DNA of 64,000 bases, taken from NCBI GenBank assembly GCA_035510735.1, contig DATKGN010000013.1, forward strand, positions 596 to 64,595. The letters run 5' to 3'. Within the stretch, counting starts at the first letter, position 1; every line of letters begins with the position of its first letter. The translations under genes and the position numbers were made by a program. This document shows, piece by piece, positions 1-7,849 of this stretch. The notes under the pieces were generated by a model. It worked only from the letters and a program-made list of their open reading frames with translations, was not told the origin of the DNA and ran no database searches. This stretch comes from Patescibacteria group bacterium. GTDB lineage: Bacteria > Patescibacteriota > Microgenomatia > UBA10105 > UBA927.

Positions 1-382
1 TAGTCTCATTGTGGCCTCAAATAATTTAGGTATTATTGCAAAGCCCAACCTGATGTCCAAAAAACTTGCTATGAGAAGAATTCACACATTTCTAGACCAG
101 GCTCTGGAAGCATTACACCCGGATGGACAAATTTTACTCGTTGCCATGAATACTGGATTACAATTAAGTCTAACAAAAAATTGGTTAACTGGAAAAATGA
201 ACTATACAATACCTACAAATGGATATGTTGAGACTAGATTCTATTTTTTATCAGGACTTGGAGTAATCAAAGAAGGTAAATCAAAAATTTGGAATCGATG
301 GATTAAAGCGCTTAGACAACGCCATGCAAAGATACCTCTCTATTTAAAGCCGGAAATAAAAGTATTCCCTGGAATAATTTAA
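1..382 (+). CDS. Hypothetical protein, probably the 3' part of a gene starting left of the window
   Basis: The frame of ORF 11..382 is open back to the window edge. AT-rich, converges on the glyQS unit, no recognisable motif. Confidence 0.5.
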   Translation, partial: SLIVASNNLGIIAKPNLMSKKLAMRRIHTFLDQALEALHPDGQILLVAMNTGLQLSLTKNWLTGKMNYTIPTNGYVETRFYFLSGLGVIKEGKSKIWNRWIKALRQRHAKIPLYLKPEIKVFPGII

Positions 383-430
383 TAAACGAATATCTCCACA
401 ATAGAATTTACGGTATAAATGGACCTAAAA

Positions 431-913
431 CTATAAATCGTAATCTTTGGAGAATTGACTCTTTTTACCAGCGGTATCGGTAAATTCCAAAACGACGGAA
501 ACTTTTGTAACTCCTAAATCGGGCGTACAGTCATTCCGGGAACACGTGCCCAAATATATCTCACGACTAAACGTATCTTTTCCCGTCGTATCAATCGGCG
601 TACTGCCTGAATTCACGCCTTTAATTAATCCCTGACTGTCATAGGAAAGTTCATAGCCGATACTTACAATCTTACCGGCCAATCCATCGGCGGTAATTGA
701 AACGGTATTTGCCTTCGTCGTACTTTTTACCAGATCAACCTTAATTGAAGAATCCACAGGCGGCAACGAGTCCTGAAGTGATGTCATATCGGCTGGGGTA
801 GAAGCGGTTGTTTTTGTAGCCGGTTTTGGTGACATGATTTTATAGACTACCACCCCCGTAATAATGAGAAGAACTGCCAATGTGCCGTAAATGACCATCA
901 TCTTATTTTTCAT
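431..913 (-). CDS. Membrane-anchored exported hypothetical protein (160 aa)
   Basis: N-terminal hydrophobic helix, Thr/Pro-rich linker, beta-rich domain with a Cys pair (LGTCSRNDC). ATGA overlap with the glyQS stop. Confidence 0.8.
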   Translation of the reverse strand: MKNKMMVIYGTLAVLLIITGVVVYKIMSPKPATKTTASTPADMTSLQDSLPPVDSSIKVDLVKSTTKANTVSITADGLAGKIVSIGYELSYDSQGLIKGVNSGSTPIDTTGKDTFSREIYLGTCSRNDCTPDLGVTKVSVVLEFTDTAGKKSQFSKDYDL

Positions 914-2232
914 ATACCTCCTGTTTCAAGCTTATCGCTCACGTAATTAGCTAATTGGGCAATATTGACGCGATCCTGCTTGGTTGTATCGCGATCACGG
1001 ACCGTTACGGTATCGTCCTCAAGCGTCGTATAGTCTATTGTAACACACCAAGGCGTGCCTACCTCATCCTGAGCCAGGTACCGTTTTCCGATGTTTCCAC
1101 GGTCATCCCAGGCTGTCACAAAGCGCTTTTTGAGTAAAGTGAGCACGGTTCTTGCCTTTTGTACCAACTCCGGCTTGTTGGCCACGAGCGGAAACACAGC
1201 CGCTTTGACAGGAGATAGGCGCGGCGACAATCGTAAAAACACCCGATTATCTTCTTCCACATAGGCGTCCAGAAGTAATGCCAAAAAGAGACGCGACACA
1301 CCGACTGACGGTTCAATTACGTAGGGCATGAATTTTTCACCGGTCACTGGATCACGGTATGAGAGATCTTTCCCGCAGAACTTGCTGTGTGTTTTTAAAT
1401 CATAATCGGTACGGTTGGCAATTCCTTCTAGTTCCTTAAATCCCCACTCAGGATAGTCATATTCGATATCCCACGAATCAGCAGCATAATGCGCGCGTTC
1501 GGTGGGCTCATGCTGTCTGAACCGGAGGTGGCTTTTCCAGAGACCAAGGGAAAGGTGCCAATCAAATCTGATTTGTTTCCATGCGCTAAACGCACTCTCC
1601 GCTTCGCTCGGGTGAACAAAATACTCAAGTTCCATTTGTTCAAACTCACGGACTCGGAAAAGATATTTTCCAGGAGTAATTTCATTGCGGAATGCTTTTC
1701 CTATCTGCGCGATGCCGAAAGGGATTTTCACCCGTGAGGAGTCAACCACGTTCTGAAAATTCACATATATTCCCTGGCAGGTTTCACCACGGAGATATGC
1801 CAGGCTTGACGTATCCTCGACGGGCCCCACAAACGTCCGAAACAGGAGGTTAAATTGTTTTGGCTCCGTCCATTCAACTTTAATGAGTTTTCCGTGAACT
1901 CTATGATCTGCATTTTTTTCATGATCTGCGATTTCATCCGGCTGATCCGCACGAAACCGTGAGTGGCAAACCTTGCATTCGACAAGCGGATCGGTGAATG
2001 ATGCGACATGACCTGACGCTTCCCACACTTTTGGATTCATGATGATGCTTGCATCAAGCCCAACGATATTATCGCGGTCGTGGACCATGGCTTTCCACCA
2101 AGCTTCTTTAATATTCCTTGCGAGTTCTACGCCCATGGGGCCGTAATCCCAAAATCCACCTATTCCCCCATAAATTTCACTTGACGGATATACAAATCCG
2201 CGGCGTTTGGCAAGAGCAACAATTTTATCCAT
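910..2232 (-). CDS. glyQS: Glycine--tRNA ligase, alpha2 (class IIa, eukaryote/archaea-like) type
   Basis: Motifs KRRGF..SSEIYGG..GFWDYGP, YLRGETCQG, GKAFRNEITP, FRVREFEQME, ELEGIANR, VIEPSVG, and anticodon domain IGKRY..QDEVGTP. AGGA SD at 2237-2240. Confidence 0.98.
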   Translation of the reverse strand: MDKIVALAKRRGFVYPSSEIYGGIGGFWDYGPMGVELARNIKEAWWKAMVHDRDNIVGLDASIIMNPKVWEASGHVASFTDPLVECKVCHSRFRADQPDEIADHEKNADHRVHGKLIKVEWTEPKQFNLLFRTFVGPVEDTSSLAYLRGETCQGIYVNFQNVVDSSRVKIPFGIAQIGKAFRNEITPGKYLFRVREFEQMELEYFVHPSEAESAFSAWKQIRFDWHLSLGLWKSHLRFRQHEPTERAHYAADSWDIEYDYPEWGFKELEGIANRTDYDLKTHSKFCGKDLSYRDPVTGEKFMPYVIEPSVGVSRLFLALLLDAYVEEDNRVFLRLSPRLSPVKAAVFPLVANKPELVQKARTVLTLLKKRFVTAWDDRGNIGKRYLAQDEVGTPWCVTIDYTTLEDDTVTVRDRDTTKQDRVNIAQLANYVSDKLETGGI

Positions 2233-2242
2233 ATATTCCTAT

Positions 2243-2275
2243 AAAAAAACCCTAACACAACTACTTGCGTTAGGG
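2243..2275 (-). terminator. Intrinsic terminator of the T-box leader
   Basis: CCCUAACGCAA-GUAG-UUGUGUUAGGG (11-bp stem with G-U pairs) followed by U7. Its 5' arm shares CCCUA with the antiterminator. Confidence 0.9.
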
Positions 2276-2386
2276 GTCCTTCGACGAAAGCTCAGGACGG
2301 TTCCACCCTAGTTTTCTCCGTTACTTCCGGAGAACATCTCATTTGATTTCCTGCACTTCCCCGCTGCCAACGGGATCATCATGCAC
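2243..2386 (-). ncRNA. Glycine T-box riboswitch (transcriptional attenuator) upstream of glyQS
   Basis: Minus strand reads AACUAGGGUGGAACCGUCCU. Helix A1 is UAGGG(2310-2306)/CCCUA(2275-2271), the 7-nt bulge is UGGAACC (2305-2299), helix A2 is GUCCU/AGGAC. Stem III is UUCUCCG/CGGAGAA (2334-2314). An overlapping, mutually exclusive terminator follows. The bulge variable base A matches the U73 discriminator of bacterial tRNA-Gly. Confidence 0.92.
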
Positions 2387-2391
2387 TCATT

Positions 2392-2421
2392 AGTTTACGC
2401 TTGCCTTCCCAACACTGTCAA
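2392..2421 (-). promoter_or_regulatory. Sigma70-type promoter for T-box/glyQS embedded in the 3' end of recO
   Basis: TTGACA (2421-2416), 18-nt spacer, TAAACT (2397-2392, overlapping the recO TAA stop). Predicted +1 near 2386-2385, at the base of Stem I. Confidence 0.7.
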
Positions 2422-2964
2422 GAGCGGCCACGTGCGGAATTTCCGCTCGGTAATATCTTCAATGTATGACTGAATCTCAGATTCACGTAAGGTATGCGTT
2501 GAGGATAAGAATCCGAGCGGCCGGAGAAGGTCATGAACGAAACGGGAAATAAGATGCTGCCATTCCGATTGATTATTTGATGATTCAAGCGACAAAAGAC
2601 CGTCGCGGAGAAGGAAAAATACGTCTTCATGTTCCTGTCGGTCGGGCAGAAGCTGATCGACAAGCTCACACATACAATAGGCATATCCTAACCGCCCGAC
2701 ATCGGATTCAAATACTGTTCCCCTCGATTTAGCCTGAGCTTCTGTCAGGATATCGAGTGATTTATGCGTGTGTATAGTAAGTACAACATGGCTGAATACT
2801 TCAACATGGCCGGATCGTCGACTTGTAATTCTTCTCACACCTTTTGCGATAATCCTGATCTTCCCGAATTGCCTGGTAAATACGGTAAGAATTCTGTCAG
2901 CCTCACCCACTGACTTCCGTTTGAGGACAATACCTTCCGCAGTATACACATGAAACGGTCTCAT
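2395..2964 (-). CDS. recO: DNA repair protein RecO (short form, no C-terminal Zn finger)
   Basis: EGIVLKR..GEADRILTVFTRQFGKI..IAKGVRR OB-fold motif. The recO-glyQS order is known from Firmicutes. Confidence 0.93.
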   Translation of the reverse strand: MRPFHVYTAEGIVLKRKSVGEADRILTVFTRQFGKIRIIAKGVRRITSRRSGHVEVFSHVVLTIHTHKSLDILTEAQAKSRGTVFESDVGRLGYAYCMCELVDQLLPDRQEHEDVFFLLRDGLLSLESSNNQSEWQHLISRFVHDLLRPLGFLSSTHTLRESEIQSYIEDITERKFRTWPLLTVLGRQA

Positions 2965-2966
2965 GG

Positions 2967-4937
2967 TTACAAGGTGACTTCAGTATCTGTTTGAAGATTA
3001 AATTTCTGGCGGTCGCTGCCGTTGAGCCGAATAAGAACCTGTTGCATGTCGGTTCCCGGCTGTTTTTGGAAAAGCAGGTGATACTTGCCGTCCGTTGATT
3101 TCACCGGCGAATTGTAGGTAAGCTCCAAACGCGCACTTCCTAAGGGATTCACAACAAGAAATCCGTCAAATTCCGTTTTCCCTAAGCTTTCAGATGTCGT
3201 CATCGGGGAGGCTGAACTCGTTTGCGGTGACTGCGTTCCTTTGCTGTCGACAAGTTTACTCCCTTTCGGTACGTAGACCCGCACCCAATCGCGAAGCGGG
3301 GCGTTTAAGCACAATCCTCCGCTCTCAAGTCCGCAGTCACTGCCCGGATAAGGATTCGTATAATCCACAGTCAATTTTGTCGTAATAGTTCCGTCGCCAT
3401 TCACTGTCGTATCTTTGGTAATTTTTTCATTCACAAACATATTGGATTTCGCTCCCCCCATATTGGCATTGTTAACATGGAGATAATCCCAACCCTTACC
3501 TTCTTGATATTTAAGAATGGCAGCAGTATCACCGGTCTGCATAATTCTCCCGCCCATATTAAAACTCTCAACACCTTTTTGCGCCTGAGGGTCATGCAGA
3601 TACGCAAGCATATGTTTTTCATTAATCTCAGTCAGCAACATTTGAAACAGTCTGCTCCAGTATTTTGAGGGAGAAACACCAAGTGCTTCCTGAAGAACAA
3701 GATGCAGTAATTGACCGATTTCTCCTTTTCGGTTGTCACGGACATACCCCACAGGACGTGAAGAATAGTCTTCGAGATTATAAATCGCTTTTGCACAATT
3801 ACATCGTTTATCAATATCAGCGCTGTATTCCCGCCCATCAACAAAAATAGGACCTAAAATTTTGAGCGTATCGACAAGCACATGAGTGTCGACTGCAAAG
3901 ATACCGTCAATCGGTTGAGTCCCAGCGGCATTTGAGTACATATCCTCAAATTGTTTCATCGATACTTTAAAATCTGGTGAGAGATTGCTATCCCGAAGAT
4001 TAAACGTATACACGCCTTTCAGGTATGCAAGAATTTCCGGAGGAACAGGATATTTTTTCTTAAGACCGCCGTCGAGTGCATATATATCATCCGATTTTTC
4101 CAATATCGCCTTACCTCTCACAAACCGAAATTGAGCATACGCCGTCATAAATCCACCGGTCGGCCGGAGTTCTTTATCATTTTGAAATATCACAAGATAC
4201 CGCTTATCCGTGGGCTCTCCGAGCATACTCGGTAAACTCATGAGAAGGGGCTGCGCGTTTACAAATAAGCTCGCAGCGTTATCGATCGTTTCTTTCAGTG
4301 AAATTAATTGCGGCCGAATTGAAGTACTACCGATATGATCGGGATAACGATCGGGGTTAATCATGTCGAGTTCAGTTTGCAGTTTTTCAATACTGCCGGC
4401 CATCTGGTTCACTTTAGGAGTGAGCGCGCTCATCGTTTTCACCGCAGTTTGAATACGGTCATCGGCGGTCCCTGCGACAAAAGTACTTTTCCCTTTAAGT
4501 CCCAACAGATCTGCATTCGGTTCTAGCGCTTCAACTGCGCGGTCTCCGGCATCCAATCCGTCAAACGCAGCATTTATAGCATGCTGGCCGTCAGTTACGT
4601 AGGCCCCTAACAACGGAACGAATGAGAGCGGCGCGAGCTTTTTATAATCGGTCTCAAATACGGTAAGCGCCTGTCTCGTGTCTGCAAGCCCGACTTTCGT
4701 TTTTTCAATATTTTCTGTTTTAACCGCACTTCCCGTTTCTCTCGCTTTAGCCATTACCACTTTTCCTTGTGCAATCACCCCACCGAGAGGTAGCAACATA
4801 ACGCCGATAATGAGAAGAAAAACCACGATAACGGCAACCGGAATTACAACATATTGCCATGGAAGTGGCTTTGATTTTTTGGGCATAGTTGCCTGCGTCT
4901 GCGTCTCAAGTTCTATACGTTTGAGTTCTTCTCCCAT
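2967..4937 (-). CDS. DUF4012-domain membrane-anchored extracellular protein
   Basis: N-terminal TM, helical region, then YLVIFQNDKELRPTGGF, NLRDSNLSPDF and QKQPG motifs. Start moved to the ATG at 4937, which avoids the overlap and follows a promoter-like motif. Confidence 0.85.
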   Translation of the reverse strand: MGEELKRIELETQTQATMPKKSKPLPWQYVVIPVAVIVVFLLIIGVMLLPLGGVIAQGKVVMAKARETGSAVKTENIEKTKVGLADTRQALTVFETDYKKLAPLSFVPLLGAYVTDGQHAINAAFDGLDAGDRAVEALEPNADLLGLKGKSTFVAGTADDRIQTAVKTMSALTPKVNQMAGSIEKLQTELDMINPDRYPDHIGSTSIRPQLISLKETIDNAASLFVNAQPLLMSLPSMLGEPTDKRYLVIFQNDKELRPTGGFMTAYAQFRFVRGKAILEKSDDIYALDGGLKKKYPVPPEILAYLKGVYTFNLRDSNLSPDFKVSMKQFEDMYSNAAGTQPIDGIFAVDTHVLVDTLKILGPIFVDGREYSADIDKRCNCAKAIYNLEDYSSRPVGYVRDNRKGEIGQLLHLVLQEALGVSPSKYWSRLFQMLLTEINEKHMLAYLHDPQAQKGVESFNMGGRIMQTGDTAAILKYQEGKGWDYLHVNNANMGGAKSNMFVNEKITKDTTVNGDGTITTKLTVDYTNPYPGSDCGLESGGLCLNAPLRDWVRVYVPKGSKLVDSKGTQSPQTSSASPMTTSESLGKTEFDGFLVVNPLGSARLELTYNSPVKSTDGKYHLLFQKQPGTDMQQVLIRLNGSDRQKFNLQTDTEVTL

Positions 4938-4943
4938 ATACGT

Positions 4944-4972
4944 ATTGTTCACGGAAATACCGTTTTTGTCAA
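4944..4972 (-). promoter_or_regulatory. Putative promoter, likely leaderless, for the DUF4012 gene
   Basis: TTGACA (4972-4967), 17 nt, AACAAT (4949-4944), 6 nt, ATG (4937). Confidence 0.55.
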
Positions 4973-4989
4973 CAGGAATGTCAGATATA

Positions 4990-5628
4990 TCACACTGCAC
5001 CTTTACCCGATATCATCGCCCAGGGGCTCCTCAATAATATGACAATATCAAGCCACAAGGAGCTCTTTTTGACGTAATCAGCATCCATTTTAATTCTTTT
5101 GTCAAAATTGACTTCACTTCGCCCTGATACCTGCCATTGCCCGGTGATTCCCGGTTTCGCTGAAAGCACGACCTTCACGAGATCCCGCGTGTGCGGATAC
5201 TTCCGCTGCTGCTCGACAAGCTCATCGGGATAATACGGCCGCGGCCCTACAAGACTCATCTCCCCAATAAGAACGTTGAGAAGCTGAGGAATTTCATCAA
5301 TCGAATGTTTCCGTATAAATCGCCCGACATTTGTAACGCGTGGATCTTCGCGGAGTTTATAACTATTCCGCTTATATTCACCGTATAATTTTGCGAGCCG
5401 TGGATCTCTTCTCAATTTTTCATGGGCGTTTATCACCATCGACCGAAACTTAAAAAGTTTAAAAGGCTTGCCGTCTTTGCCTACACGTTGCGGCGTATCA
5501 GCAAAAATCGGTCCCAAACTGTCCCATTTGATGGCAATAGCGGTGATAATACAAAAAGGCATAAAAATAAGAGCCAGAATGAAACTGCCAAGGATATCAA
5601 TACAACGCTTCGTAAATGAATACATCAT
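4990..5628 (-). CDS. Priming phosphoglycosyltransferase (bacterial sugar transferase, WcaJ/CpsE C-terminal-domain type)
   Basis: KRCIDI, FKFRSM, DPRVTNVGRFIRKHSIDEIPQLLNVLIGEMSLVGPRP, KPGITGQWQVSGR. Confidence 0.93.
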   Translation of the reverse strand: MMYSFTKRCIDILGSFILALIFMPFCIITAIAIKWDSLGPIFADTPQRVGKDGKPFKLFKFRSMVINAHEKLRRDPRLAKLYGEYKRNSYKLREDPRVTNVGRFIRKHSIDEIPQLLNVLIGEMSLVGPRPYYPDELVEQQRKYPHTRDLVKVVLSAKPGITGQWQVSGRSEVNFDKRIKMDADYVKKSSLWLDIVILLRSPWAMISGKGAV

Positions 5629-5642
5629 GGGCTTATTAGTAT

Positions 5643-6725
5643 TTAGGTAAGGTGATCGTTTTCAGTACCGGTCAGGCTTTCCACGAGAGATTTAATTTTT
5701 GATACTGAACTCTTTTTACATACCATAACGACATCATTGGTATTTACCACCAGCATATCGTCAAGATCAATGGTCACTACCAATTGGTCTGTATAATTAT
5801 ATACAAGGGAATCGCTTGTATTGTTAAGCATGACTTTGCCCTGGGTCACATTTTTATCAGCAGTCTCCTGGAGAGCCTCTTTCAGTGCTTCCCAGGCGCC
5901 GATATCGCTCCATTTCATATCCTCTGAAACAACGAGCGCATCTCCCGGATCTAGTTTTTCAAGGATTGCGTTATCGAAATGAATTTTTTCGAGTGTCGGA
6001 TATACTGAATCGAGCGTTTCATAAAATCTGGCCGTGTGAAGTTCTTCAACAATCCGTGATAACCCTTTATATAAATTCGGAGCAAACCTCTTATATCGTT
6101 CCCACAAAAAAGTCGGGGTGGTGACGAAATATCCGACATTCCATGCATGGTGACCGCTTTCAAAATAACGTTTTGCCGTGTGTTTATCTGGTTTATATTG
6201 AAAATCAATAAATGCATGGAAGGAAATACCGTTCATCGAAGCTACCTCTTTCCCGTATTCAATCCAACCTAAGTTATCACTGGCAAACCGGGGTTTTTGC
6301 GATACGAAAATAATTTTATTCGGATTTTTCTCAATAAGTGATCCCGCACTTTTCAAAATTTTCCGGAATAATACCTCTTCTTTGACCAGATGATCGCTCC
6401 AGAGAATTACCATGGGCTCCGTAGGCGATACTTTCGTCAAAATCCCTGCCATCAGCCCCACGGCAGGACCAACGTCACGCATCTCAGGCTCACCAATAAC
6501 ATGGTCAGGCGGCAATTTTGCAAGTTGCGACTGAACCATCGGCACATGCATTTTACCGGTTGCCACATAGATATCGGACCACGAAAAATCAGGCTGAATT
6601 CGGCCGGCAGCAAGCTGTAGAGTAGACTTGTCACCGATAATTTTTTCAAATTGTTTTGGCGACTTTTTACGGGAGAGAGGCCATAAACGGGTTCCCACGC
6701 CTCCGGCAAAAATAACTGCTTTCAT
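5643..6725 (-). CDS. manC: Mannose-1-phosphate guanylyltransferase
   Basis: AGGVGTRLWPLSR..PKQF, EP..RD, SDH, WSDIGAW, C-terminal beta-helix. Confidence 0.88.
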   Translation of the reverse strand: MKAVIFAGGVGTRLWPLSRKKSPKQFEKIIGDKSTLQLAAGRIQPDFSWSDIYVATGKMHVPMVQSQLAKLPPDHVIGEPEMRDVGPAVGLMAGILTKVSPTEPMVILWSDHLVKEEVLFRKILKSAGSLIEKNPNKIIFVSQKPRFASDNLGWIEYGKEVASMNGISFHAFIDFQYKPDKHTAKRYFESGHHAWNVGYFVTTPTFLWERYKRFAPNLYKGLSRIVEELHTARFYETLDSVYPTLEKIHFDNAILEKLDPGDALVVSEDMKWSDIGAWEALKEALQETADKNVTQGKVMLNNTSDSLVYNYTDQLVVTIDLDDMLVVNTNDVVMVCKKSSVSKIKSLVESLTGTENDHLT

Positions 6726-7849
6726 ATATATCTATTATATAACTCCTCAACGGTTTGTTTCATCTCACGATTAAAGCGCTCCTGACCGAATCGTTTCGCA
6801 TTCTCGCGGCAGAGGTTGTCATCATACCACTCATGATCAAATTGTTTCAAGGCGCGGGTAAGCCCATCTACCGATTGAGAGTCAAATAATAATCCTGTTT
6901 TCCCGTCTACAACAATCTCAGCCATGCCGCTTTTTTTATATGTGATAACCGGTTTTCCCATCGCCTGTGCTTCAACTGCAGCAATTCCGAAGTCTTCAAC
7001 GCCTGCAAAGACAAATGCTCGACAGTCGCGAAAATAATTAATTAACTCCCGATCCGTTACCGTTCCCACTAACTGAATTGTCGGTCCAGCTAATCTTTGA
7101 AGATGTATTTTTTCCACTCCTTCACCCACAATGACCAGCGGTAATTTCAGCTTATTACATGCTTCAACAACTAAATCAATCCGTTTATACGGAACCAACC
7201 GGGAAACAAGAAGAAAAAAACTGTGTGCCGCAGAAGAGACAGTTTTTTTCCCTTCTTGAAACATTGTAAGATCAACGGGAGGATAAATTACGCGATCAAC
7301 CGATTGATGATAATACGTTTGAATACGTTCTTTTACTATATCGGATATTGCGATATACCTGTCCGGACGGCTGCTGCCAATAATATCCCATTTGCGCAGC
7401 AATGGAGTCAACGTATTTAATGTTCGCCCGGTGACTACCCGAGGCAGACCTATATTGGGATTCTTCTCATACTCTTCTTTACCGCTCCATAGATACCGCG
7501 TCGGGGTAAGGCAATAACAAATATGGAGAGTCTGGGGCTTCGTAATAATATATTTTGCCTCAGCTGATGTAATTGAAATTACCACGTCGTATGTATCAAA
7601 TGAAAATGATTCAAATGCCATTGGCGTAAGCCACGCATAAAGCTCATGATGCCGTTTCGCAAACGGAAATCGCTGTAAAAATGAGGGCTTAACGTGAAAT
7701 ACCGATGCCCAACGGGCATGCTGTTTATCATACACAGCGGTGAATAACGGCGCATCGGGCCAGATTGCATGCATTGCCAACAGAACCCGTTCCGCCCCCC
7801 CAATTTTATTGATTCGGTCATATACAAATGCAATTTTTTTCGGTTTCAT
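6722..7849 (-). CDS. GT4 glycosyltransferase (WbaZ-like, possible mannosyltransferase)
   Basis: GGAERVL, YC.TP.RYLW, SRLVPYKRID, EDFGIAAVEAQAMGKPV. Confidence 0.9.
   Translation of the reverse strand: MKPKKIAFVYDRINKIGGAERVLLAMHAIWPDAPLFTAVYDKQHARWASVFHVKPSFLQRFPFAKRHHELYAWLTPMAFESFSFDTYDVVISITSAEAKYIITKPQTLHICYCLTPTRYLWSGKEEYEKNPNIGLPRVVTGRTLNTLTPLLRKWDIIGSSRPDRYIAISDIVKERIQTYYHQSVDRVIYPPVDLTMFQEGKKTVSSAAHSFFLLVSRLVPYKRIDLVVEACNKLKLPLVIVGEGVEKIHLQRLAGPTIQLVGTVTDRELINYFRDCRAFVFAGVEDFGIAAVEAQAMGKPVITYKKSGMAEIVVDGKTGLLFDSQSVDGLTRALKQFDHEWYDDNLCRENAKRFGQERFNREMKQTVEELYNRYI

Noticed and set aside
2379-2390. Mini-ORF ATG-AGT-GCA-TGA in the glyQS leader as a possible attenuator peptide
   Set aside because: It has no Gly codons, its ATG lies upstream of the predicted +1, and the T-box explains the leader.
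2733-2749. CCTGAGCTTCTGTCAGG in recO resembling the REP-like palindrome
   Set aside because: Imperfect match that encodes ordinary RecO residues (LTEAQ); likely coincidence.
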